From assembly GCF_963506605.1 (NCBI RefSeq), contig NC_083277.1, forward strand, positions 94,798,001 through 94,862,000: 64,000 bases of DNA. The letters are read 5' to 3'. Both the position numbers and the translations under genes were made by a program. The notes beneath the pieces are model-generated. The model was not told where the DNA came from. It saw nothing but the letters and a program-made list of their open reading frames with translations, and searched no databases. Positions 1 to 12,750 of the stretch are shown one piece after another. This stretch comes from Zootoca vivipara. Its lineage: Eukaryota. Positions within the stretch are counted from its first letter, which is position 1. The number at the start of each line of letters is the position of its first letter.

Positions 1-1322
1 GTTTTCAGGTACTAGATGTCATCAGGTTAGGGCTTTCAGATTTTGAGTAAACCCTTCCTTCAGTTGGAGGCCAGAGGAGGTGGGGACAAACTTAGTTCCC
101 CGCCTGAGTTAAAAGATGTCAGACAACCTAATTGCCTCATTCACTTGACACCTCAACAATGTCAGCTCACCTGTTTTTGCCTGTGCATTTTCAAATCAAT
201 TTGCATGGGCAAAGGCACAGCAATGTGCAAGTCCCAACAACTGTTTAACCCTCAAGGCTTGCAAAACCCTGTGTACAGCACCCTGGAAGCCCCGATGCAG
301 TGCTTATGAAGCGCTGTGCACATGGCTCTGTAGGCGCCACCAATCTTGAAAACTGCCTTCTGGCTCAACTGCAGCTTTACCTGCCACACACCTGACATCA
401 TATACTATGGCAGGTGGGTGTGGCTTAGCCTTAGCCAAAACTGCCTCATAGACCAAATGGAAAGGCTTGATGGGCCTAATTAGACCCGTAGGCCAGAGGT
501 TCCCCACTGCTGCTTTAACTGAAGATGCCGGGGAATTACTTCTGGACTTTCTGCAGAGAAAACATTTGCTCTATTAAGCGATGGGCTTTCGAGATGCAGA
601 GGTTGGGGAGATGGAGATGTTAACATGGAATTTTAGATCCTGGAGCAATAGTGCACAGGACTGACACTGGAACCCATACTCATACAAAGAGCCACCTGAT
701 CCATGCTTTGTTATTATTTAGGTCTTCATTAGAGACCAGGCCCTAGGTGACCCCACCTTCTGAGGCGAGTTGGGTGGCTTCTGTAACAGTAACAGGGTTT
801 TCTCAGTGGTAGCATCTCATCTATGCCATCTCTCTCCTATAATCTACTCAACACCTACTTTGCTGGTCTTTAATACCAAACGAAAGCTCTTGGTTTCTTG
901 CTATGGACAACATCGCCATGATGGTCAATTTATTAATTTCCTTCTAAACAACCGTCTCAAGGCAATTTATGCGTAAGACATGCTGCTGCGTTTTCTGTGG
1001 GTGGGTTTGATGTCTTATATTTTCATTGTTTTAAATATGTTGCAAACTGTCTTGTGAATTTACAACAGATATTGTTTATTTAGGATACATTAACTTCTGT
1101 GACAGATTATAGCCTGTCTCTATCACCCCTCTTCTAGATACGCCATCCTTCTAGCTGTTTTAAGTACATGCTCAACCACACAATGCAAAGTCACTTGTCA
1201 TTTGACAGAGATGCACCCACTTCAGAAAAAAAGGAACCGTTTTAAACAAACATGGCTTAGTGCTGGCAAAAGTCAAGTCATTCTCACTCAGTCATCCTCG
1301 AGTGCTTTCTCCTTTGAGATAC

Positions 1323-4254
1323 CTCATAGAGCAGGGTGCAGGCTGATAAGCAGGCACTTAGGCTGAAGTCTCCAGATGTACCTGGGAGGAAGAGTTCTGA
1401 CCTACTGCTGCGGGGGGTGTTGTATAGATCTGTCACTGACGAAGCAGCTGAGCTCGGAACTGAACTATCCCTCATCCTGTCCTGACTCTCTGTACCCCCT
1501 CGCCCTGACACAGAGCTCGCCGGCTGCTAAAGGAAAGAAAGGTAATTAATGCCTCTGCAGTCATAGACATTACTCCTCTTGCTCATGTTAGGCTAGAATA
1601 ATTTGCTCCAGTTTTCATTGTAGGCGTTTGTTAGTTTCACTGTTGTATTACTGTGCTGCATGCCCCTTGGTCCATCCTATCACACACAGCAAGGAGTAGG
1701 GAACCTTTTTTTAAGTCTGAGGGCTGTATTTCCTTCTGTGCAACCTTCTCAGGGCCATGTGGCAGTGGTGGGTGGGGCTAGAGACAAAAGCAAGCGGAGC
1801 AATGAATGCAAATTTTACATTTGTGTCTACACACACCCAATTCTATCCTCCATGTGGACAAGCAAGAGGCACTATCAGATTTCAAGGACAGTTTCTGGAC
1901 AGGCAAAATTTGGGGTGTGAAGCAGCGCCAGTGAGGGGTGTGGTTTGGGAAGAGTTCCAAGGGTCAAATGAAAAGGCTGTAGTTAGCATTCCACTGCCAC
2001 AGTAAGTGAGCTCTAGAAAGACAGGATTGGATATAAAAACACTGTATTTTGTTTTCAACAAAAGAGCAGCAAATTGCATGACATCACTGGCTTGCCTTCA
2101 TAAAATGACACATTATGTGAAGCAGATTAATTCCTGTAATTTGTCTTCTAGGCAGCACCCACAGTTAGTATCTCTCAATCCTCCATCATCTCACAAAACA
2201 TAAAGTATGGGAATCAGAAGCTGTTGAGCAGATATGAGTGATATTTTGCACCCATTTCTACTATAAGGAAATTCTCATGACTATTTAAAGGCGTTGAAGA
2301 GAATGGACCATTACAAACTTGAAAGACAGGAACTAAAATATTTTAAGATGAACATGCACTGTGATCTAGCTTTGATCTTCACATGCAGCAAGATTTAAGT
2401 CACAAACTGCAAAATTCAACCTGAAAATGCCAGCATCAGGTGAGGGGGGAGAGCACAAAAATGTATGCTAGTGGAGAGACACAAATATTTCTTCTATAAA
2501 GTTATAATAAAATCTGTTGTCAAAACACCTGATGGTATCAGGTATGCTGTGTAGAGTCACAACACTGTTCTTTAGTTAGACCAGAGCTGAAGACAGAAAT
2601 ATTGCTGAAACAGCAGAGGCAAGTTGTGACGCGAGTTGCTGCTAAGAGACAAGTCCTTGAAAGTTATTTATTTATTTATCCACTGTGTTACAGCTGCTGC
2701 AGCCAGATCTCTCAGTATGAAAGACTCTACTATATTTCAAGCACCATGTTTTTTTTGTTGTTTTTGATCCTTTTTGGAAGCAGATAAACAATTAAAAGAA
2801 TCAGCCATAATAAAATAGTCAATTTACTAAAATGCACCACACATAAAAGCCAAATCCTCTTGACCTTTGGTGCTGACCTTTAAAGCTGTAAACGGCCTCA
2901 GCCCAGTATGTCTGGAGGAGTGTCTCCACCCCCATCATTCAGCCTGGACACTGAGGTCCTCCTCCGAGGGTCTTCTGCTGGTTCCCTCACTGCAAAAAGT
3001 CAAGCTACAGGGAACCAGGCAGAGGGCCTTCTCGGTAGTGACACCCTCCCTGTGGAACGCTCTCCAGATGTCAAGGAGACAAAGAACTACACAACTTTTA
3101 GAAGACATCTGAAGGCAGCCCTGTATCAAGAAGTTTTTAATGTTTGATCTTTTACTATGTTTTTATATATGCTGTAAGACGCCTAGAGTGGCTGGGGAAA
3201 ACTAGCCAAATGGGCAGGGTATAAATATTATTATTATTATTATTATTATTATTCCACAATTCCATTGGTAGAACTAATTTTCTCATAATATGAGGAGTGC
3301 AGGATCTGTAAAATCCCTGGAGTTGCATTTCATAATGCTGAAATTAAACAGGTCTCTACTATTCAAGTACTGTAATTACATTATAACCGCATTGAGCCAT
3401 CGTTATTGTAGATCAGGATGTGGGCTGGCACATGGGGTAAGATCATTCAATCCCATCTACTTCCTCTGCAGCACACGATTTCGGGATTGGGGGAGGAGGT
3501 CTTAAACTTAAGGGTCTACACCAGGCATCCCCAAACATTGGCCCTCCAGATGTTTTGGACTACAATTCCCATCTTCCCCGACCACTGGTCCTGTTAGCTA
3601 GGGATCATGGGACTTGTAGGCCAAAACATCTGGAGGGCCGCAGTTTGGGGATGCCTGGACTGAAATATATTAAGAAGCATACGAACTGCGTCCACCCACG
3701 CCTTTCCAATAAGCTGCAAATTTCATGATATACTGTGGTTTCCACAGTGCACACTGACATGCATTAAAACAAAAACCATCCGCCTTCACTTGCCAGGTAT
3801 TAAATTGCATGTTGCAGCACAGATACCAACGGCCCTCGGAGGTCCCTGTCGCGGTTCCACCAGAACCGGATTCCGTACAGAACCAAATGCATGAAACGGT
3901 GGGGCAGGCCGTAACCGCGGCCAACGGCCTTTCCCCTCGCCCGGGTCAGGGGCCCTGAGCCCACATTCGGGCCCCTCCGACCCTCTGGGCGTATCCGGCC
4001 CCCCCCGGCCCCCTTCCTCAAGGGCTGCGCCTGGGACGGCCACCCAGAATGACACACGCCCTGCTGATCACCCGCAGGGGCGCGATCCTCCTCGGCGACC
4101 CACCGGGATCCTGCTCGCCCGCACCCACGGGCCTGCTTGCTAAACGGAAAGACAACAGCAGCGCCTTGGGGAGGGGGAACCCCAGCCCTTCGCCGCCGCC
4201 CCCCCGAAACTTCATCGGTACCTGCAAATTGAAGACTTGGACGGGTAGCGGCAT
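1323..4254 (-). CDS. GPS1: COP9 signalosome subunit 1 (GPS1/CSN1), 5' coding exons only: exon 1 4254-4222 and alternative exon 1526-1323; the gene continues beyond the left edge
   Basis: 4254-4222 encodes MPLPVQVFNLQ followed by a GT donor. 1526-1323 encodes QPASSVSGRGGTESQDRMRDSSVPSSAASSVTDLYNTPRSSRSELFLPGTSGDFSLSACLSACTLLYE (204 nt, phase 0, AG/GT flanks), matching known GPS1 N-terminal isoforms. Head-to-head with RFNG as in other amniotes. Confidence 0.93.
2865..3253 (+). mobile_element. L2 LINE 3' fragment ending in a (TAT)n tail
   Basis: Encodes VLTFKAVNGLSP..LEE..TRQRAFSVV..LWNAL, the L2 ORF2 C-terminus; nearly the same as the copy at 22535-23241. Confidence 0.85.
3522..3657. mobile_element. 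~136-bp palindromic hAT-type MITE (family A)
   Basis: TIR CAGGCATCCCCAAAC...GTTTGGGGATGCCTG; same family as 26197, 39827, 40377 and 57918. TSD not preserved at this copy. Confidence 0.85.
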
Positions 4255-4700
4255 ATTGACCCTCGCACCATGCACTTCCGGGTCGCGCCCCCTTCTTCCA
4301 CTTCCGGATCGCGCTCCACTACCGGGTCGCGTCCGTTCCACAGGTGAAGCCCTTAAAGGGGCCGCGGAGCCTTTGCTGCCCGCTTCCAACGCGCTTCCCC
4401 GCCCCCCAGCCCCCGCTGCGTCCCTGGCGATCTGCTCGGCGGATGGCGCCGGATCCTAAGCTGAGCGACGGGTGAGTTAAGACGCGCAGCGAGACGGCTC
4501 CCGCGTCCCTCAGCCGTAGAAACAGCCTTGGAGACGCTGCGCGTAGGTAGGAGGCGAGAGGAGGAGAAGGAGGGTCAGGATGGCCGCGGCGGCGGGAGAA
4601 GGGTGGGGGGATGTCAAGGTGTGTGTGTGTCCTTGTTGCCATGGTGACCAACCGGGGTGCGGAAGAGCGGTTGTTTCTATGGCAACTGGCTTGAGAGGCC
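3830..4700. promoter_or_regulatory. CpG-island bidirectional promoter GPS1/RFNG
   Basis: CpG-rich; ETS/GABPA-type CACTTCCGG at ~4273 and ~4299; YY1-like GATGGCG at 4442; two RFX X-box-like sites at 4635-4648 and 4673-4686; plus-strand donor G|GTGAGT at 4472. Confidence 0.75.
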
Positions 4701-5805
4701 TAAAGTGCTGCGAAGGGCACTTATTGGGCTTCTGGGACATTATCCCTCTTTTAAGTCTCTCTTCCCCGGGCGCTATCAGCTCTTTTTGCTGAAAAGCTAT
4801 CCCAGTTAAAGAAGCGAGGCCTTTGGGAATTGCTAATTCATGCCTTATTTTAAGTGTGCCCGTCGCCAGGCAGAACGGCTGCTTGGCCTTTAAATCCTAA
4901 AAACCAGTGGTTCCCAAACACTGTCCTCACTTCAAAAACTGCTGATGTTCTTGGCGGGCCACTCAGTTATTTTTTTCTGCCTGTAGCAGGAATTATAATG
5001 CACGGTGGTCCATGGCGCGTGATTTTTAATTGTATTTAATTTTTTCTTTTTATTTCTTACGTTGCATGCATTTTTTTTACCACTTGAATTCTAAACATTC
5101 TGCAAATCAATGTGAATATTTAATTCGGGCACGCTGTGGGCCAAGTGAATGAAGCTCAGGGAGTACTAGTCCACTGTCTGGGAACCCCTGCTATAGATGC
5201 TTACTTGGGAGGAAGTCTTGTAAGATCCCAGTGAGAGGAACTTCCTGAGTAAACATGCATAGGATTTAGTCCCCTCCCCTGGGGGGGGGTATGTTTTTTC
5301 TGCTTGTCAGGATAAAACTTCAATACCGCTTAGGAGCACTTTGTCAGGCTTAGCATTTCATTCATTGGAACCACAATATATTAACTGACTACACATTCGC
5401 CCCTCTTTGCTGAAGCTCAGAACAACTTATGTCAGGCAGGTTTCCACCAGGCATCCACACAGGACTGATCTTTGAAACAGGTATGTCTGATTCTTTTCAA
5501 TGTTAGGTTTGTTCAAGCTCACAGGAATCAATGAGTTTAGGATGGTGCACCTAATATTGTGCAAGTTTGGGCTATAACCTTGTTTCAAAGACATGTGATG
5601 TTTGGGAATGAGGCCTTTTGTATGTGTGTTTCCTTCCAAATCTTTTCTTGAAAGAATACCATCTGACTCAGTTTGATTCATACTTGCAGTGCAATATGAA
5701 CCCATGTCTGCTCAGACGTAAATGAGGCTTACTCCCAGGTAAATGGGATCAGGATTGTAGCTTTAGGTATATTTAGAGCTGTACCACTGAAATCAAGGCC
5801 TATTG

Positions 5806-5944
5806 ATGAGATGAAAAAACCATAGGGTTGGATACAGATTTAGTACTTTAGGAATAGATGCACTGAAATAAAGTCCTATTGATTTCAGTGCATCTATTCC
5901 AAAAGTACTAAATCTGTATCCAACCCTTTGTTTTTTCATCTCAT
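5806..5944. repeat. Long near-perfect inverted repeat (arms ~63 bp)
   Basis: ATGAGATGAAAAAAC..AGGGTTGGATACAGATTTAGTACTTT.GGAATAGATGCACTGAAAT pairs with ATTTCAGTGCATCTATTCC.AAAGTACTAAATCTGTATCCAACCCT..GTTTTTTCATCTCAT. Confidence 0.9.
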
Positions 5945-6961
5945 TTCCCCAGCAAGTGAGGTGATAATTATATGAAAAAATAAATTAAGAAGCTTTTATT
6001 CACGACTATTTCCCTTCTGTTAGTGTATTAAATACATTACAGATTATACTAAATAATTGGCTTCTGGAACATGTACAGCTACAATATTTAAATAGGTTTA
6101 AATTGACAGGCCATGTGACAGATACTTGCAGTGCAATAGCAAGTTTAAATAACTGTGCTTTAGTTGCACTTCCATCTCTTGCAACTTGGTTCACAGAGGT
6201 CGATAATAATGTATGTGTAATTTTTTTAAAGAATTCCTGGTTCTCATGTTCATAGACAGAAAATTTTAAATATGTTTGTTTTTACGATATTATAACAATG
6301 TCCTTTTTTTAACAGAAAAACTTCATCTTATTGAAAGTGTGCCTATCACCTGAAGAAGGGTGCAAATGGGACACTGATAATGCACATTAATAAGAAGTGG
6401 CTGTACTTTAGTGATAGAGCACATGCCTGGCATGAAGAAACTCTGAGATTCAGTCTCCAACCAAAGGACCAGATAGCAAGTGACAGGAAAGACCTCTACC
6501 TAAGACTCTGGAGAGCTGCTGCCATTAAAAATAATACCGGATCAGATAGGCCATCTGACTTTAAAGCAACTCCATGTGTTCATAAGGAGTAAAGCTGTGT
6601 GTGCACAGACCTGTCTTGATTTTTGCTTCATGGCATCTTTAAACATTCAGCCTCAATACTTGTCAATATACAGTTTTAAAGTTGTTTAAATGAACTACCA
6701 TATACAAATAATACAGTGGCTAGAGGCTCCCCTCTCCCTGTGGAACAGGTGCCAACTCTCTTGCGTTTTACTATTAGGATGACAAGTCCAGAGGTTAGAA
6801 ATTGAAATATAAGTAGGTCTCTATGGTATTTGAATTCCATAAAAATTATACTCTGTTGCTGAGAAATTCCTAGACCTTGACAAATGTATCAGTTTCTGTT
6901 GTTCTCACCTGGAAATAATGTTGCAACTTTACAATATGACAAAGGCCCTTGGGGCTGAAGA

Positions 6962-9900
6962 ATGAGCTTTTCTTGCATTAAGCTCAGTAAGATCTGCTTC
7001 CTGCTCTCGGTTATCTTTTGTGCAGTTCTCCTCTTGCTAATCCCCAAATTCCAGGCCATCTGGAAACCTAGAAGTTATCCACAGCCACAGCCACCACTTC
7101 TTTTTAATGGTTCCAGCAACAGTGACATCACTTTGCAGCAGGTGGAATCCAGTTCGATTGATCATTTGGATGATGAGGCTAGCAATATAGTGTCCTTGGT
7201 GAAAGAAGAACTGGTAGAAAAATGGAGTCACTATATCATAACCACTGGGAGATCTGGTCTGAAAGCTAACAGAAAGATGAATGACAGCCCAATTAATCAA
7301 TTGGACAATTTGATGAAAGACCATGTGGAACCTGCTTTAGTCTTTGCTAAGGAAAAGCTGAAGTTGAAGGATATCTTTATTGCTGTGAAAACAACAAGGA
7401 AGTACCATAGAACAAGGCTGAACTTGCTGTTCCAAACATGGATTTCTCAGGCTAAGGGGCAGGTAAGAACACTCCCCACCAAGCTAAAATACGAACTTGT
7501 TTAACACTGAAATCTCATAATCTCTCATCAGGTATAATTCATAGAACTTATTCAGAGACCACATGAGGAGGGCCATGGGGCCATGCAACCTAATCTTACC
7601 CACATCAGTAACATATCAGGCTACCATGCCATCTGGATATTCAGCATGCATGAGAAGGGACTGTGTGGGTAAACTGGCATACATGTGTGTAGAGATCTTC
7701 TATGTGAGGTGGGGGATCTGAATGGAACGGAGCCTTCCTTGCATGGAGGATCTCTTATGTGCACATATAGATTATATAGGTTATATGCAAGGTATTCATG
7801 GGGAATGTTTTGATTGAATTTTTCCTGGATTGAGCAAAAACCTGCTTGTACAATGTTAGATGACATATTTGGTTCTCTCTCCACCAAATTAGGTAGCCAA
7901 ATGCTGTTTAAACTTCCACATAGGAAAGAGAGACTGATTTTTAGCTTGCTGGAAACCAGTAGAATGTCCTCTTGCTCAATGTTCAGACTAAAACTAACAT
8001 TAGTGTTACTTCAAAATCTTCAGGATATGAAGTCTTTCTTTGTTGTTTTCCATGTTTCCCACAGACATTTATATTCACAGACTGGGATGATCAGGAGCTA
8101 CGTCTCAGGGCAGGTAAGCTGCTTTCCAAATTTCTGAAAGTTGTAACAGATTTATATTTATAGGTGACACATGTTAAGGAAAGTTGCTGTCTTTCTAGGA
8201 AAGGGACAGTAGCTCAGTGATAGAGCATGTTTTGTGTGCAGTACATCCCAGGTTCCATCCTTTGCATCTCCAGTTTTTTAAAAAGGGGATATAAAGTAGC
8301 AGGGAATATAAAAGACCCCTACCTGAGTAAACCATAGTTGCTTCCCCACTGCTGCATGGTCTGAATTCTGCTTTGCCTGTATCAGATGTCTACACAATCC
8401 ACACTGAATATTACCCAGAGCATTTCTTCATATGCAAGCCCTACTGCATTTGTTATCTCTCTTACAAATCATGCATATTCCCCTGTTTTAATCATTTTTA
8501 TTTTATAGGGGACCATGTAATCAATACCAACTGCTCAGCTGTTCACACTCGCCAAGCTCTCTGCTGCAAGATGTCCGTGGAATATGATAAATTCCTGGAG
8601 TCTGGGCGAAAGTAAGTGAGAGTCACTATTTCCATTGGTGCCTATTTTTTAATTCTCCTTTCTGGCATCAGTGAGTTAGCATGAGCTACCTCCAGCACAA
8701 CTGATGAGCATAAAAGAAACCAAATTTGTCTGAAAGGATGAGTAGCATATCAAGATACTGACTTCTGATCTAACTTTCTTCAGTTGAGAAGAGCTTCTCT
8801 ACTTTTGCCTTCTCAGATTGTGGCCTCAATTGCCTTTTCATGGTTGTGATTCTGTGAGGTGGACACCTTCACCAAAGAAACCCTGGTAGAAAGGGCCATC
8901 TTGGGACCTCCTCTGTGTCTCTCCATGTCTTTTTTGTGTGTTTTTTTGCAGGTGGTTTTGTCATGTGGATGATGATAACTATGTGAACCTGCACAATCTC
9001 CTGCATCTCCTGTCTGCTTTTTCACACAGCCAAGATATATATGTGGGGAGACCAAGCCTAGACCATCCAATTGAAGCAGCAGACCATGTTCGGAATGACG
9101 GATCAGTGAGCATGTCCTATAATTGAATCTCTGTTATCTCAAACTGAACAAATCAGATTCTTGCACTCACTATGTATTCCTCACTTAAATTTCCTGGAAG
9201 TCCTCCCCCTTCTTTTCTATTTACAGCCAGGCTTTCCCATCCCATTCCAGAATGTGACTTGGGAACACTTTCCCAACACATACGGTGCACAGGAAATTTT
9301 CTGCAGCCTCTTCCACTCAGAGTTAGACCCTTTCTTAGATCCCATTATCTTATCCTATACTACACTGAGATGGCAGTAGAGGGATGTGGTGTGTCATCTG
9401 TAATTCAGCTGATACTCTCGATTTGCTCACATCCCCCTGCAGTCTAAATATGATATCTTTGTAAATTATACCCGGAGGGTTGCCAGGTTCAGATGCAAGA
9501 GACATAATTTCCACCCCTCTCTTCATATACCTAAGTAAGAACAGCTACCTAAGTAAGAATTTGTGAAGCAATAATTATATGACTTCTGCTGCTTCCTGGC
9601 TCATCGCTACTCTGGGATGGAAAATCACCTTACAGAGGCGCTTTAGGAAAGTAGGCACCTTCCTCTGCTTGCAGATTCTGTCCTTCAAATCCATGCTTCA
9701 TCCTTGTTGTGCTGTCGCATTGTGCTGCTCTTCAGGATTATGTGAGCAGTATGCCTGGGATAGCTCATTTGATAAAGCAAGAGACCCTTAATCTCAGAGT
9801 TGTGGGTTTGAGCCCCACCCTGGGCAAAATATTCCTGCATTGCAGGGGGTTTGACTTGATGTCCCTTGTGGTCCCTTCCAACTGTTGAGAGTGTTTGGAT

Positions 9901-11564
9901 TTGGAGATCAAACAATGTAAGAGTTCCTGGTGCATGGATAGGATCTGACTTACCCAGGTGACCAAAAAGCTGACAGAAATATTGTTTGTTTATCTTGGTA
10001 GACCACTGCAAAGTTCTGGTTTGCCACAGGTGGTGCAGGGTTCTGCATCAGCAGAGGTCTTGCCCTCAAGATGAGCCCCTGGGCTAGGTATGTGCTACTT
10101 GGACAATTTGCTCTTATTTTCTGCTGCCTTACTAGAATCTAGAAGATTTCATTCTCTGATTTATTGCCTTTTGACAGCCTAGGAAGCTTCATCAGCACTG
10201 CAGAGAGAATTCGACTTCCTGATGACTGCACCATTGGTTACATTATTGAGGGGCTGTTGGAGGTGAAACTCTTGCGCAGCCCCTTGTTCCACTCTCATCT
10301 GGAAAACTTGCAGCAGCTGCGTGGCGAAGCTGTGCTGAAACAGGTATGGACAAATCTTCCTTAATCCATGCAGATATCTCTTCCGCTTGCCTGTCCATCA
10401 AAATAGATACATGTTTGTGGATTTGTGGCTGAAGCTATTTTAAGAGTCTGGTGTGTGTAACGATTTATAAAAGCAATACATATGCCTTTTCCAAAGGCTT
10501 GCCACAACCATGGAAAAACCAAGAAGGGGGAAATTATGGAAAAGAAGTATATCTCTACACACACTTAAACAACATACACAAATATGGATATTATTATTAT
10601 TATTATTATTATAATTGGAGGTGAGGAAAGCCTTGAGGGCCTGAAAGTGGTGCAGTGAATAAAAGCAGGGAACGCCACTGAACTTCGGAGCAGGCTTCGA
10701 AGAGGCATTTACAAGTGGTAGTTACACCTCTGCTAACAGAATGGAGAAATGGAATGAATGAACAAGCAGGATGTAAGGATATCTAGTGCAGGAGAGGGGT
10801 TGTGAAATATAATAGTATTGGTGGTTTGATAAGCCCTAAATTCAGGTCTTGTGTGGTTTGATGGTTTTGCTACATAATCTTTCTGAAGTCCTAGCAGGTG
10901 AAAGTAAGGGGCAGGAACTCTAATGACCTGCTTCATCCTGGTCTTCTTCATTCTGGGGAAAATATGCTCCTTTTGACACATCTGGTCTGAGCCTAAGCTA
11001 TGTTTGCATTAACCTGAGTAGCAGATAGGGATTGCTCACCAGCAACTTATTTGTTAACCATTTATTTTTACATGATTTCTGCTATTTGTCTTGGAAATAC
11101 CACAAGGCCACTGTCCCTCCCCTGCCACTTCTGCATTTGCCAACTTTTTATTCTGGTATTGCTTGCCACACTCTGGCAAGTGCAGTTTCTAAGCACATGT
11201 TTCCCCCCGCTGTCAGGTTACCTTGAGTTATGGTGGTCCTGAGAACAGGCGCAACGTTGTAAGCGTGGGTGAAGTGTTCAGTATACAGCAAGACCCAACT
11301 CGGTGCGTATGTAACCATTTTTCAAGTGAAATCAATTTGACTAATAAATCCAAGCACAAGAATAAGAAATGGCATTTCTTTGCCAGCAAAATATACTGTC
11401 AAGTTATGGCCAATGTCCCTGCACTGGTGGCTTTGTATATTTCAGGCCAAGTTGTGTTAACTCCTCTGACAGTTTCTAATTTTCTTTCTATTTGCAGATT
11501 CAAATCTGTCCACTGTCTCCTCTACCCTGACACTGGATGGTGCCCCAGTCTAATAGTGAACTGA
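6962..11564 (+). CDS. RFNG: Radical fringe beta-1,3-N-acetylglucosaminyltransferase, 8 coding exons, 403 aa
   Basis: Exons 6962-7462, 8065-8113, 8509-8611, 8952-9105, 10002-10087, 10178-10343, 11217-11302, 11498-11564; all GT-AG, in frame, 1212 nt. Type II TM N-terminus; motifs [47 protein letters not shown]. Synteny with GPS1 and DCXR. Confidence 0.96.
8203..8330 (+). mobile_element. Degenerate tRNA-derived SINE (Squam3-like); similar remnants near 6400-6590 and 32165-32300
   Basis: A-box-like GTAGCTCAGTGATAGAGCAT and B-box-like CCCAGGTTCCATCC followed by a non-tRNA body. Confidence 0.55.
9757..9882 (+). mobile_element. tRNA-Lys-derived SINE with CR1 3' tail
   Basis: Head GATAGCTC..CTTAATCTCAG.GT.GTGGGTT.GAGCCCCAC..TGGGC plus tail TTCCTGCATTGCAGGGGGTT.GAC..GATG.CCCTTGTGGTCCCTTCCAACT; other copies at 14127 and 19240. 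Confidence 0.8.
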
Positions 11565-12104
11565 TATCTGCCCTAACATTCAGATGTATCTCTTGCTGGT
11601 CCTTTTTAAAAAAAATGTGCAGCCAAAGCTGTCTTTGGGGAGAAAACAGAAGACAAGGTCAAAGCAAGTGGCCACTATTGTAAATGGTCTTTGGACATAT
11701 CTTTAGTCTTGAAGCACATCATAATCTATATCTGCAATGCTCTTCTCACTCCTTTTCTGATCACATATATGTCATGTTAGCCAAACCTACTTCCTATTGC
11801 ATTGCATTTGTACAACCTCAGGAATGTTACAGTATGGCACTGTAGCAACATAGTTGAGGGCTAATCTTCTTTCCGCTAGAATGCTTGGAGGAAAGCACAA
11901 AGCTTTGTTTTGAGACTTCACATGGGAAAACGAGGGGATTTTTAATGGAAAAATAGTGTAATCAAGAAGTCGTAGCCTGTTGTTTATTCTGCCTCAGCAT
12001 CTGTATCGTGGAACCACACTAGAAATGCTAGTGACTGCTTACCTACTAATGATTATAAAGTAGACCAGTATTTACAGGGTGCATATTATCAGAAATACCC
12101 TGAG

Positions 12105-12433
12105 AAGTGATACAATCTTCAAATATCTGAAGGGCTGTCACATGGAGTAAGCTTGCTTTTTTTGCTGCTCCAGTGTGTAGTACCTGAAGCAATGGATTCA
12201 AATTCCAGAAAGGAGATTCCAATTAAACATTGAGAAGAACTTTTCTGATAGGGAGAACTGTTTTGACAGTGCAACAGACAACCTCAGAAGGTGGTGGTGA
12301 ACTATCCTTAATTGGAGGTTTTAAAGAGGTGGGTGGCCTCTGTCAGGGATTGTTTAGCTGTGATTCCTGCATTGCAGGGGGTTGAACTAGATGCCCATCA
12401 GGTCCTCTCCAACACTACAATTATTTTATTCTA
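12105..12433 (+). mobile_element. Old CR1 LINE 3' fragment
   Basis: FKYLKGCH-like coding remnant and CR1 3'UTR (TTCCTGCATTGCAGGGGGTTGAACTAGATG...). Confidence 0.75.
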
Positions 12434-12507
12434 TCCTGCTCCTGTGTTCCATGCTATAGCAGAGCCACTTGCCTTTATGGCCATTTGAAAGCTATCTTAT
12501 ACATGTA

Positions 12508-12750
12508 CAGTGGTACCTCTACTTATGAATGACTCTACTTACGAATGTTTCTACTTACGAATGGAGCTCCGTCTGCGATCTTGGATGCGGTTTAGATAGG
12601 ATTTTTTCTACTTATGAATTTTTAGATAGGGTTGCTTCTACTTACGATTTTTTTCTCCCAATGCATTCCTATGGGATTCGACTTACAATTTTTTTCGACT
12701 TACGAATGTGCATTCGGAACGCATTAAATTCGTAAGTAGAGGTACCACTG
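12508..12750. mobile_element. Tc1/mariner-pogo type MITE (family T1)
   Basis: TIR CAGTGGTACCTCTACTTA / TAAGTAGAGGTACCACTG with TA on both sides. Confidence 0.88.

Noticed and set aside
9757-9830. tRNA-Lys genes at 9757, 14127 and 19310
   Set aside because: Stems are degenerate and each continues into a CR1-derived tail, so these are SINE heads.
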